Below are positions 1-12,127 of a stretch of 64,000 nt of DNA, one piece after another (the first letter of the stretch is position 1; every line of letters starts with the position of its first letter). The position numbers and the translations under genes were made by a program. The notes below the pieces were generated by a model. It had not been told where the DNA came from, did no database searches, and saw only the letters and a program-made list of their open reading frames with translations. The stretch covers positions 40,362,001-40,426,000 of the forward strand of contig OZ024742.1 in the NCBI GenBank assembly GCA_964016885.1, given 5' to 3'. The DNA comes from Eledone cirrhosa (taxonomy: Eukaryota).

Positions 1-354
1 AATTGGTCTACCTGAGGCTATAATAGTACTTGCACAAACTGCTGTGTAAAATGAGTGAATCTAAACTTTATGATTGCAAAGTGAACTCCTTAACCATACA
101 GCCAGTAGTTTGTCACAGTCAAAATTTCTTTTAGAATTCAGAAATAGTGTATAACTCTTAACATCCTATTACACAAGAAACCTTATTAACTAATTTCAGG
201 AAAAATCTGCAAACCCTATTGTTATCATTCTTTTTCTGAATTTCATCAAATTCCAAAGAATCTGGCATTGTTCCTCCTCTAAATATTAAATTTATCTAAA
301 GGCCTTCAAAATACACAGTTTTTTAATAAGTTGGAAGTTTTGATCATGTTTGTG

Positions 355-572
355 ACACAACTAAAAGCACTCAGTACTCTCTGTAAGGTGGCCATGCTGG
401 TGACACAATAAAAATCGCCCAGGCTAGACAGTAAATTTAGTTGGCATTAGAAAGGGCATCCGGCCATAGAAACTAAGCCAGAAACACTTTTGTATGAGTT
501 AGACATGGTCACTTGATCTGACTTGTCTCACAGCTCATCTAACCCATGCTAACATGGAAAATGGAGGGTATG
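355..572 (+). mobile_element. Degenerate RTE 3'-UTR / RTE-tailed SINE remnant
   Basis: Contains ttagaaagggcatccggcc and aacccatgctaacatggaaaatgga, both also present in the RTE 3' ends at 15000-15150 and 54950-55095. Confidence 0.55.
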
Positions 573-596
573 TCAATATTTATATATACATATAAA

Positions 597-632
<36 letters not shown>

Positions 633-635
<3 letters not shown>

Positions 636-1107
636 AGATAAGCGGAGCAAGCAAGATTCAAACAATTTTTTTAAATAAATTAAAAAATATAATTTAAATA
701 TTTACCTATTCCATTTGCTTTTACTGATGGTTTCACCTTACAAAAGATTGGAGATCCCTAGGGACTTCCAATGGAAATGTTCGGATCATCAGAGAGCATT
801 TTCCTTTCCTAGGACAAAAATCCCAGGAATGGCAAAATATGTTGCCATCTGCCAGCTAGCACAGGATCGAATGGGGCCGTAAACTTGACCTATGCATGAA
901 CCAGCCCTTAGTAGAAGCGGAAGTAAACATAGACGCATTCTCTACCTCGCCACTAAAAATAGCAGCTAAATAAAACAACAGATTTGTTCTCTACATAATG
1001 GAGAATATTAAAATAAGGTTAATATGCCCAGAGGTACTAAGTACCCCTGTAATTCCATAGAACAACCACTGTATCATAGACACCCTATATATTTCCAGGG
1101 GTACTTA

Positions 1108-1110
<3 letters not shown>
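633..1110 (-). mobile_element. Penelope-like non-coding remnant between (TA)n tracts
   Basis: Bounded by TA microsatellites. Carries a hammerhead core (716-798) and a 15-bp inverted repeat tactaagtacccctg/caggggtacttagta (1036-1110). Confidence 0.5.
716..798 (-). ncRNA. Candidate minimal type-I hammerhead ribozyme
   Basis: Minus strand: tgctct-CTGATGA-t[cc...attgga..tccc-ta-ggga..tccaat...gg]t-GAAA-cca-TC-ag(taaa)agca. Confidence 0.5.
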
Positions 1111-1165
<55 letters not shown>

Positions 1166-1713
1166 TGAGAGAGAGAGAGAGAAGGTGAAATTGGAAATAG
1201 CACGGAAAATATATTTTAGGGTCTGTTTTTCTTTTTTTTCCTTTCTTTGATTCGTCAAAGGGACATTATTGAAAAAATGAGAGGACAATTCTTTAAAAAA
1301 AAGAGTTTTATAAAGTATATAAAGTATAACCGGTTTTGATGTATTAGTAAAATTCATCTTATCAAATGTTGAGTATTACAATTAAAAAGAATTAATAAGA
1401 ATTAATAAGAATTAAAAACTAAAACTTAAAGATTTAAAATTAAGAGGTAAGTTTTTTCATCTTCCTTGTTGAGAAGGAGACTGGAAAATGAACTCTTGTG
1501 TATATAGAGAGAGAGAGGTGTAGTCATGATAGTAGCAGCAGCATAAACACTCAAGGTACTTAGATAAAATTAATATGAAGGTCCCAATTTAAATATGAAC
1601 AATTTAAAAGAAGAGGTTTTTCTATCATAGAACCAATGGTGGTTTCTGACTCGGTATTAAATTGGCGCTAATGGTTCTCAATATTCCTTTTCTTTTATAT
1701 TTATTTTCCCATT

Positions 1714-2007
1714 ATAGTGCTTGTACTACAAAAGAAATGACCAATAGTACTAACAATAGTGCTTGTACTACAAAAGAAATGACCAATAGTACTAACAATA
1801 GTGCTTGTACTACAAAAGAAATGACCAATAGTACTAACAATAGTGCTTGTACTACAAAAGAAATGACCAATAGTACTAACAATAGTGCTTGTACTACAAA
1901 AGAAATGACCAATAGTACTAACAATAGTGCTTGTACTACAAAAGACATGACCTCTAGTACTAGAATTAGTGTTTGTATTACAAAATACATGACCTCTAGT
2001 ACTAGCA
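1714..2007. repeat. 42-bp minisatellite, 5 near-perfect + 2 diverged units
   Basis: Unit atagtgcttgtactacaaaagaaatgaccaatagtactaaca. It produces the SACTTKEMTNSTNN repeat ORF. Confidence 0.95.
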
Positions 2008-2689
2008 TTGCAATGCTAAATGTAAATATGTCGAGATACATGACACTATATGGTGTGGAGAGATCCCTTTAACTTTTCTCCTGTTGGTGTCTTTTGGCCA
2101 GTTGGTATGAAAAGGGTTAATGATTTTCTGTATTTCTTTTGTTTTATACACATCTTAACCCTTTTGATACCAACCTGCTCCAAACCAGCACTGGTTCTAT
2201 GAAACAAAGCCACTCATTTGAAAATGTTCCTATCTAAATTAAAATATTCCAACATAAAATTTTATAAGAGCAATGTGATTTAAAATAATCACACCTATTA
2301 TAATGCCCATTCTAAAAGGTTTGTACCAATAATTTCATTCAAGAGATTTTTGCTACATAATCTTCCAGACATCAGCACACTAATGAAAAATTTATTAAAT
2401 TATTCTAAATGTTTTATTATTTTCAAAATTATTTGAAACACACTGTCTGTGTATTTCATTAGAAATACATTAACAATGTAACCATATTTTTAATGAAACA
2501 CTGCATTTCAATTAATTAAGGAAGAATTTTGAGTGATTTACTAAATTACTAGACATTTCATGATTGGGGTGGTGTTTGTAACATTGTTTAACAATCGGTT
2601 CTTATATCAAATTATGTCGGAAGATTTAATTTTGAAAGAAACTCATTAATCATTTGATACTAACTTGATATCAAAACTGGATTTGGTTA

Positions 2690-3612
2690 TTTATATATAT
2701 AAAACTGAGGATGTCTGTCTGTGTGTGTGTATGTGAATTTGAATCCCTAAAACTCGAGAAGCACCCAACCGACTGTTTTCAAACTTTACACATGTAATAC
2801 TTCTGTTTCAGGGAGTGTTCAGAACAAAAAGAATTTCAAATTTTCAATGCCCTAGGGACCGCATTAGGCGATTTAGCGATCTCTCTCTATAATTCTTAGT
2901 CTGTCTCTTTTTAGATAGATACATACATATAACGTACGCCCTTATAATATCTGTCTGTATGTCTGGCTGTCTGCATTACGTCACTTCCCTGAGGATATCT
3001 GTGTGTGTGTGTGTGTGTGTGTGTGTGAGTTTGAATCCCTAAAACTCGAGAAGTACCCAACCGACTATTTTCAAACTTTACATGTGTATTACTTATGTTT
3101 CAGGGAGTGTTATGCACATAAAATTCAACTTTTTGATCCCCTAGGGCCCCGCATTAGGTGATACACTGCATTTTTAGGGGTTTTTTGAGGCGTTACGTCA
3201 GACCGATTTCCTTGAAATTGTAACTATGTATTAGTCAGTCTCTTCTTCATACCGTGAGCAAAGAAAATCCAACTTTTTTATGGCCTAGGGCCCACATTAG
3301 GTGAAAATCTTCAATTTTTCAGCTTTTTAGGCCTTGTTTGAGGCGTTACTTCTAGCCGATTTTCCCAAAATTTCAAGGCATATTATGCACATTAAAAAAA
3401 TTCATTTCTTGATCCCCTAGGGCCCGCATTAGGTGAAAAGCTGCATTTTTCCTGCTTCATCGAGGAAACTCTTTAAAATTATCCAACCATCAGAGTATTC
3501 AGTTTATTTTCTTTACATATTGTCCAGGCATGCAGTTTTTCCATGATTAGGTCTGTTGGCAGCCCGCATTCCAAAATACCTTATCCCGTGCAACGCCGGA
3601 TACCACTGCTAG
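2690..3612 (+). mobile_element. Non-autonomous Helitron (copy 1)
   Basis: Starts T(T/C)TATATATATAAAACTG and ends ...gcaacgccggataccactgCTAG, inserted between A and T with no TSD. Internal duplication with (TG)n and ccctagggcccgcattagg subrepeats. Highly similar to 12463-13232. Confidence 0.75.
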
Positions 3613-4294
3613 TAGGAAATAAAACCACCTGTTTTAAAGAGTCCTTTGTAAATTATAATCTTCCAACATAATTTTATATAAAAATATGTCAAATTACTGT
3701 CTTAGTAATGAAATAAATAATAATTTTAGCAAATCTTTCAAAATTCTCTATTAATTAGTTGAATTAGAATGTATTTCATTAGAAATACTGTCATGAAATG
3801 ATTAACAGGAGTGATTTTGTTTTATAGATGCAGAGGGTGTTTGATGCAGGTTTGTATCTAAAGGGTTAATGGTATAAGTAACTGAGTTGTCCAACCTCTA
3901 AAGCAGCATGTTTAACTATCAACTAACAAAGAGTCTACAAGTTGAGTCTATTTAGTGTAAGTTTTAATTGTCAGATTTAGAATTCTGCAATCATGATTTC
4001 TGACAATTTTGTTGCACAATTCAAAAAATTTTTAAATTTCAATTTTTTAAATTTGTAAGCAAAATTATTTTGTGCCCCTGCACCCCACCAAATAATTCCT
4101 CTCACATATATAAAAGCACACATATGCATGCTGACTGCTGTATATGTGAGTGTATGTAATCCCCTTTGTTTAATTGAATGAATGTATGCTTATATGCATA
4201 TGATATATAAATGATGATAATATATGCATGTGTACATAAATATATAGATATATATATTTATATATATAAGTATGTTAATGTATATATATATATA

Positions 4295-4370
<76 letters not shown>

Positions 4371-4377
<7 letters not shown>

Positions 4378-4658
4378 CGTAGTTAAGAAAGCCACAACAA
4401 TGCAGAGGAAAATCTCGAGGTAGGAAGTGAAAGATAATAGGAAAAACAGGTGAAAGTGAAAATTGAGAGAGACAAAGATGAAAACAAAACAAAGGTAGAA
4501 GGGTTACCGTCTCCACTACGGTAACCCTTCTACCTCTGTTTTGTTTTCATCTTTGTCTCTCTCAATTTTCACTTTCACCTGTTTTTCCTATCTATCTTTC
4601 ACTTCCTACCTCGAGATTTTCCTCTGCATTGTTGTGGCTTTCTTAACTACGTATTTTA
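4371..4658. repeat. Long inverted repeat, ~140-bp arms, 7-nt loop
   Basis: taaaatacgtagttaag...gggttaccgt-ctccact-acggtaaccc...cttaactacgtatttta, with few mismatches. Confidence 0.95.
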
Positions 4659-4695
4659 CACATTTCACAATGCTTCAAGCAAACTTTAACACCCT

Positions 4696-4743
<48 letters not shown>

Positions 4744-4877
4744 CACACACACATTCTCATTAAAGTAAGAGGAACATAAGAACATAAAAACAATGTGAAA
4801 GATATTTAACTCTGTGGCTGTGAATGCAGGAATGAATATATACATACATATATATGTGTGTGTGTTTATACATAAGC

Positions 4878-5494
4878 ATCTAGTCTTTAATGCATCGAAA
4901 TACCAACGATAATCAGCAGACTACTGAAGAGGACATTTTAACCCTTGTCTATTTTTATTCATATGTTCATGTTCGCAACAACGCAGCACGCCATTCTTCA
5001 TTCACATAATGTTTCCCTTCGCTGTGGTTCGTATTTTTTCTGTCACTTTACTGCTCTCACACTTTCTCTCTCCTTCACCTCTTGCCTTCCTCAACTCCCG
5101 CTGCTGGTCACTCACTCTCGGCTGTCCCTTCCTCCCACTTTCACTCACTCCCTCTCTGCTTCTCCCCCCTCTCACTTCCTCCCGTCTGACCTGCTTGAAT
5201 TTCTTTCCTCTCTCAATCTTCTCGCAGCTCGGACGTGTCTATTTCTCCTCGTCAATTTGATATGTCGGGCTTAAGCCCACAGGATTCATTGACTTGTCTC
5301 TATTTTCCTCTCTTTACATTGCATACCACCATGTGTTTGTTTCCTTCCCTCTGTTTTCCCACTGTCCCGATAACTTAATTGAGTTATCGCTCGCACTGAT
5401 TTTAGGTATCTAGTCTTTAATGCGTTGAAATACCAACGATAATCAGCAGACTACTGAAGAGGACATTTTAACCCTTGTCTATTTTTATTCATAT
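4878..5494 (+). mobile_element. 530-bp element with 87-bp terminal direct repeat and rearranged hammerhead motifs
   Basis: 4878-4964 is repeated at 5408-5494. Motif order is GGTA-TC-tagtct..GAAA-tacc..agacta-CTGAAGA. A diverged homologue lies at 24800-25030. Confidence 0.7.
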
Positions 5495-5554
5495 ATATAC
5501 ATATATATATATGCATGTGGTCAGTAAATTAATATCTTTTTTTATATCATTTAC

Positions 5555-5625
5555 TGATTCTAACGATTTCTCTACAAAGGAATTAAATGCTACTTCCTTT
5601 GTAGTTAAATGAATCATGTAAATCA
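5555..5625 (+). ncRNA. Degenerate minimal hammerhead (two core mutations)
   Basis: tgatt-CTAACGA-[ctacaaaggaa..ttcctttgtag stem]-GAAT-catg-TA-aatca. Confidence 0.45.
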
Positions 5626-5759
5626 ATTAAATAATGTATTAATGTATTGGACCTTGGTGATTATTTTTTCAATTATATATATATAAATGTACATATGTAT
5701 AAATATATAAATATATAAATATATAAATGTACATATATAAATGTACATACATAACAGCA

Positions 5760-7100
5760 TACAAAACCGCAACGGAGAACCTGCACACAGGAAGGCCTCC
5801 AAATGTAACTGCCACTTACCGGATAAGTGCCCACTACAAAATAGATGCCTGGAATCAAATATAGTGTACCTGTGTATTATTAATTTGGGCAACTTAACAT
5901 GGCACTACATAGGTTTATGGCTGGGGAATTAAAAAAAAGATGGTATGTTCACAGACATTCTATGTAGTACCGTAGACTAGAAAACACAACAATGCTGGCC
6001 AATAAAATCTGGCAGCTTAAGGATACAAACCAAGAATACGGGATTAGCTGGTCGAAATTATCGGGAGCAAAGGCCTACAAAAATGGAAAGTCCTACTGCG
6101 GATTTTGCAATATGGAGCTGTTCCATATTTTAAAGTATGACAAAATGCTGCTTAACAGCAAAATAGAACAATCAATTTTCTGTAGGCACAAAGCAGCTAC
6201 TAAATTTGCAAATTTCAAACCAACATGATTTGATCCAACAATCCCATAATTCAAGCTGAACCACCCAGAGTCTATTATAATAACTACATACCAACCTATT
6301 ATTTACTGTCAACGGACCAACTAATCACTAAATCATAAACCTCCTAACCTTTCTTTCACCTTCTTTCACTCTCTCTCCCTAAAGCTATTTCACCTCTTCC
6401 CTTGTATCCTGTCCTCTATCTCTTAACCTCTAACTTAACTTCTAATTTATTAATTTATCTTTTATATGTTATTTATCATTATATTCTTTCTTCCTACTCT
6501 AACCATCTGTGATTTAACCAATACATATGTATATATTTAATATTTATTTTCATATTAAGAAATATTCCTACCCTCATCACATCTTTATACTTACACACCA
6601 CTATAACTTTAACCACCACCACCACTACCACCACCACCACCACTATTTTCAACAATCATATTATGTCCATATACTTTTTTTTTTCACGTATATATATATT
6701 TTTTTTACTTATTTTTTATCATCTTCATTCTAACTTCTTTATTATTATTTTTTTCTTTTTATTTTTCTTTTTATTTTTATTTTTCTTTTTCTTTTTCTTT
6801 TTCTTTTTCTTTTTCTTTTTCTTTTTATTTTTATTTTTCTTTTTATTTTTATTTTTATTTTTATTTCTTTATTAATGATGTTGTTATTTGAATTCTCCAT
6901 AGTATAAATACAAATATCGAGTGTAATTTTGTCAGTTATTCCGATGATTTGATTAGGCATACACTGTATTGAAGGTTGAGTGACACAACTTCAAGGGATT
7001 AGCAGCCTTTAGACATCCTAATCAATGAAACAATTGTTAATACTGTAAATAAAACCCTTTTTGTACTGTTGACCATGTTATTCTTCACTCTTTCACTAAA
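5760..7100 (+). mobile_element. 5'-truncated Penelope-like element (GIY-YIG endonuclease + 3' region)
   Basis: CNC..CPL...CL...IVY...YIG, then after a frameshift KKRWY.H..., C.FC..E...I......LLN...E....CRH (5804-6228, one frameshift and one stop). A hammerhead follows at 6933-7045. The Cys pattern resembles Naiad-type PLEs (tentative). Confidence 0.8.
6933..7045 (+). ncRNA. Minimal hammerhead in the PLE 3' region
   Basis: cagttatt-CCGATGA-t[ttgattagg...cctaatcaa]t-GAAA-caattg-TT-aatactg. Stem III is palindromic and there is a U4C core change. Confidence 0.65.
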
Positions 7101-7349
7101 TGTACATATATATATAAATATATAAATGTACATATATATATAAATATATAAATGTACATATATATGTATAAAAAGCATCAAGTACTCTGCTGTGTTATGG
7201 TCCACCTGGTTCCTTACCACAATTCCTTCATTATATATATATAGCGTGGAAGATAGACATCAAACGATGATGATAATATATATATATATATATATATATG
7301 TACATATATATATAAAACAAACACAAAATCAGCAAAACAAAATGCTTAC

Positions 7350-7569
7350 CTTTCATCAGTTGGAAAGGTGTAATCTGAATGAAGAATACTAAACTGATAC
7401 CCAAGAAAAAGAGCACCATTTGTATTAGATCAAGAAGTGCTGCTGGAAAGAAAATCAAAGGGTTGAATTTCCCGCCATCTCGATCGATGGGTGCATCTGA
7501 GTATCTGGCCCATCTCACCAAGTAGTAGACAAAAAGGCAACAGAATTCTCCAATAAACATACAGGTTAC
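7350..7569 (-). CDS. SLC35F6: Internal coding exon (exon-3 equivalent) of an SLC35F6-like transporter gene
   Basis: Minus strand: ttcttgatttcag acceptor, 220 nt reading VTCMFIGEFCCLFVYYLVRWARYSDAPIDRDGGKFNPLIFFPAALLDLIQMVLFFLGISLVFFIQITPFQLMK(G), gtaagc donor. Matches the SLC35F6 motifs MF.GEF.CL, FNPL.F.P.AL.D and FQM.RG. Confidence 0.85.
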
Positions 7570-7608
7570 CTGAAATCAAGAAATGAAAAAGAGAGAATGA
7601 TAAGATAT

Positions 7609-7802
7609 AATTGTTTCTACATTTGGCACAAGGCCAGATATTTGAAGGGAAGAGGAAAGTCGATTGACCCCAGTGCATTACTGGTACTTTATTTTATCAA
7701 GCCTGTAAGGATGAAAGGCAAAGCTAACCTCGGTGGGATTTAAACTCAGAACGTAAAGGGCAGTAACTCTATGCCTTAAACGTCCGACTCTCTACTGATA
7801 CT
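7609..7802 (-). mobile_element. tRNA-derived SINE with Meta-like central domain
   Basis: Minus strand has a B-box-like gagtttaaatccc, tttgcctttcatcctt..gataaaataaaagtaccag and the tail ggccttgtgccaaatgtagaaacaatt. Confidence 0.75.
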
Positions 7803-7839
7803 AGAATGATAAGATATACTGTGTGGAAAATATTAAATT

Positions 7840-8300
7840 TACAGCACACATCTTTAAATATCAGGTCTCTTATGAGGTTTATCTCATAGGAAAGATCTCA
7901 GGCACTTTTATGACAGGTGTCCTAGTCCTATCATGTTGTCTCAGCTCACACCTATGCAGCTTTAGCAGGCCTTCTATAAGATTGCATCTTATAGGAGTTT
8001 TATGATATGATCGCCAATATCACATTATTACAGTTCACAGGTTTAGTTATTTGCCTAAGCAGTTTTATATCATAGAAGTCTTTTGGTGTTTTAATGATAG
8101 GAGCCTCAGTCCTATCATGTTGTTGTTATAGCTCACACCTATACAGGTTTAGTTGGCCTCCTGCAAGGTTGTATTTCATAGAAGGTTTCTTGAGTGTTTT
8201 AATGATAGGAGCCTCAGTCCTATCATGTTGTTGTTATAGCTCACACCTATACAGGTTTAGTTGGCCTCAAACGAGTTTGTATCTCATAGGTGTTTTGGTG
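7840..8300. repeat. ~108-bp tandem repeat family
   Basis: Units at 8086 and 8194 are near identical, and earlier units are diverged. Dispersed relatives occur near 25270-25640, 45425-45525 and 60750-60910. Confidence 0.8.
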
Positions 8301-9477
8301 TTGGGTACATCTTATGTCTCCAGTACCAAAGAGATTAAGTCTTTGATAAACCCAAAGTATCCCCCCCCCCCCTATTATTAGGTACATGGACCTTTATTGG
8401 TTTCAATAATGAGTATTCAGTTGCTTGATCAACTGAAATATCTGCTCATTGAATTAGCATGTATGTGGCTGCGTATTCCACAGACACATGTGCCCTTTAT
8501 GTAATCCTGAAACAGAATCAACATTACTTTCATCTTTGATAAAAATTCAGTTCAGAAACAGTACCATCAGAGTGCTCTCCCTTCGTTCCTAAGAATATCA
8601 GTAATATGATCACAGGTTTTTAGAATTCACAGCGAGGCTACATGAACTTTTCATATATGATTGAATATACAACTTGAGTCACGTCTCAATCATGCTATGT
8701 CAGAGCATCACTACCACTTTATATATATATATATTTCAAAGAAAAATACACACACAAATATATATATATATATTTATATAAATACAAGAAAGAAAGAAAA
8801 ACTACAAAGAAGATTAGTAAATGTACACTGAGCCTATTCATTACATCTTCCTCAAAAATAGTTTTCTAACCAATTATTTATAATGACTAGTTTTCTCCAA
8901 GACATATATGTTTTCTACTTCTTATCTTCTTTAGTTTCTGTCCTTCCTACCTTTCTTTATTTCTTGTTTTTCTTTTTGTCTCAATTTACTTTCTACATTT
9001 TAATGACCTCTCAATAGAATATATTTGCTGGCAAATTTCAAAGTAATTTGGGGATTGAAAGTGGTGGTTGATGGAAGGATTCAGGTCAGTGGCAGTTATG
9101 ATTAGATGTGGAGTTTATTTGGAAAGCTGGGTTTGGATGTGTTAGGAGCAGCAAATTGACAGAGTTGTTAGCATGTTGGATTAAATCCCTCAATATTTCT
9201 TTCAGCCCTCAACACCTTGAGTTAAAATCCCACTGATGTCAACTATATTTTTTATTTCTTAGAGGATTGATAAATAAACTAACAGGGGCAGTGGATTGAC
9301 AAAAATCTTAGAAACTCAAATGGGATGATTTGGAGTATCCAACTGTGTGTTCTATGGCCAAACCCCATCCCTTTTTTGTCATGAGTTACAGCTGAGAAAT
9401 AACATTAACAATCATGATCGACTTCTTTTCTTTTCTTGAGATGTTGGAGTAGGCATGAAACAACAGCTTACCTTAAT

Positions 9478-9667
9478 AATTGTTTCTACTTTTGGCACAA
9501 GGCCAGCAATTACCTAGTACATTATTGGTACTTTATTTTATCGACCCCGTAAGGATGAAAGGCAAAGTTAACCTCAACGGGATTTGAACTCAGACAGTAA
9601 AGGGACGTAACTATGCTAGAAAGCATGGCGTCCAACCCTCTACCGATAGTGCCAATTCACCGCCCTT
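9478..9667 (-). mobile_element. tRNA-derived Meta-like SINE, full length with TSD
   Basis: 18-bp TSD acagcttaccttaataat at 9463-9480 and 9668-9685. Confidence 0.85.
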
Positions 9668-10101
9668 ACAGCTTACCTTAATAATGGCTTCTAATTTTTG
9701 AGTGGAAGGAAAAATAGATTAAATTGATCCAGTACTTGACTGGTATTTCCTTTTAGTGTCCTCATAAGGATGAAAGGCAAAGTTGACCTTAGAGGGATTT
9801 GAACTCAGTTCATAAAAAAGAGCCATAACTAAATTCCACAAAGTATTTTGTTCAAGATTCTAGCAATTCTGTCAATCTACTGCTCTTTGAATTACTCTAA
9901 TAATACCACTAATGTGAATAAATATCAAGTTTAATTTACTGCAAATCCAGTTTATGAATGGAAGAATTTGGACTTTCAGTCTGTGAACAGATTCAAATTA
10001 AGCATTCATCATATTCATTATCAACATTATTTAATGTCTGTTTTTCCATGCTGGCTTGAATTGAACAAATTTAGGGAGCATAGCAAGACAGTTTCATTTG
10101 C

Positions 10102-10362
10102 TTAACCCTATCATTACTCTATCTCTAATGAAAGACACTGCCAATGAATTTCAAATAATTTTGAAATTAATAGGAAATTTGGAAGGATTTAGTAATGCAA
10201 CTAACTTTCTCATTATTAATGTGGTGTTTAGATAATTTAACAAATGTTCTTACATAAAATTATGATGGAAAGTTTTTAGATAAATATAAATATTTTAAAA
10301 CCAATAGTTTTGTATCATAGAACTAAAGGTGATTTCAGATTGTTTGATATCAAAAGGGTTAA
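10102..10362. mobile_element. Older TTAA-flanked MITE family member
   Basis: ttaacccta...aaaagggttaa ends. Similar internal sequence at ~1500-1660, 2155-2480, 10660-11010, 17980-18180 and 22760-23210. Confidence 0.55.
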
Positions 10363-12090
10363 CTAGCTATTAAGTTGGTGTATCACAACCATAACACTAG
10401 AAGAATGAAGAACATTGATATTGAGCAAGCAATTGAACATCTACACAGCTATTCAACCATCTTGAATCTACTGGGAAATCTCTTTCAAATCAGACAATCA
10501 TATTTCATAAATGGAAGGACATATTGAAAATTGTAGTTGTAGATAAACAATTCCTGAAAAGAAAAATATTATTTATAGATGGAAAGCCTTTAATCAGAGG
10601 TCTGCAGCTCAGTCAGGGGTGACCAGGAGTTAAAGAGAAGTGGTTTTGATTAATTAATACTTTTGTTACCCTATTTATAATGAAATACTGCCTATAATAT
10701 TTTAATTATTTAGAAAATAATCAAGGATTTGAAAAGATTTAGTAACATAACTTTCTCATTACTATTATTGTTAGTATGTTTATTATGAAAGGCACTACCT
10801 AACATTTTCAAAACAATTTGAGAATTATCAAGATCTTGTGAGGAATTTAGAAACATCACAAACTTTCTCAGTGTTATGTTGGTATTTGGAACATAACTTC
10901 AAGGTTCTTACATAAAATTATGATGGAAAGACTTTGGATAAAAATAAACACTTTATAACACAGATTTGTATTATAAAATCAGGGATGAGGGGAAGAGGCT
11001 TCAGATGGTTATATGCCACATTGTACAAAAAAAGCTAAATGTATCAATTTGCAGAACTATCAAAGGCCTGCTTGTAAAAGAAAGTAAAGATTGGAAAAAT
11101 ATTTTGTTTTAAAAACCAAGAATGGCGAACGAGGGGAATGTTTAACAACAGTTTGTATGGTTGAGAAATATAATAACTGAAATTCAACTCCTCAAAGATT
11201 CCCTCTCCTTAGGGTCCTCTACATCAGAAATGATCTGTTTAAATTTGAAACATTATATTTGATCCTAGGTGGCAGATTTAAAATCAATACTTTACTTCTT
11301 TAAATTGTTTAAAGTGGAGGTTGTTGGGGTAAAGTTAGTTGGTTAGAGAAAACAACACTGCCATTATAATTTACAATATTTCTCTTTAGATTGGCTTTGC
11401 CTTCCACTCCTCTGGGGGTTGATCATTTATCAACTGTCATTGTTGTTTAGCCCTGACTGGACAGAATTACAATCAAACATGTTCCAGCTATGATTATTTC
11501 ATCCCATCCTTCTCTTAGGCATTGCATATCAAAGACTATATTATCCAAGTGCTATGTCTTTTTCAAGACAGTAGAGTATAATTTGAAGGAGATTCGGCTG
11601 TTATTTCTAACAGATCAAGTGCCAACATAGATTCTTATAATTATCAGTTATATACTGGAGGGATTTTCCTACCCATATAAAAAAACTAATTTACACATTG
11701 TTTAATGAAATTACTATCACTATAAAAGCTAATGGTGGTGGATTGGCAGAGTCAAAGCCCTGGGCAAATGTTTTATTGTATTTGTTTCAGTTCTTTACAT
11801 TCTGAAATCAAATGTCACTGAGGTCGACTTTGCATCTCATCCTTCCAGGGACAGTAAAATAAAGTAACAGTCAAGTACTTGTGTCTATTTAATTAGCTAA
11901 ATCCTTCCAAAATTGCGGGTCTTGTGCCAAAATTATTAACCATTATTTCCAAGGTGATGGATTGGTAGAATCATGAAATTATTGTAGAATATGCTTTGTG
12001 GTAATTACTCCCGGTGTATATGTTCTGAGTTCAACTCGTGCAAATGTTGAAAATTATACTTAAAAATGATCATGTATATGTGTGTGTCTT

Positions 12091-12127
<37 letters not shown>

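Noticed and set aside
5411-5430. TAATGC as part of a twister ribozyme
   Set aside because: The other conserved twister elements are absent, and hammerhead motifs explain the region better.
5965-5967. In-frame stop in the GIY-YIG region as possible selenocysteine recoding
   Set aside because: The stop is TAG, not TGA, and accompanies a frameshift, so simple decay is more likely.
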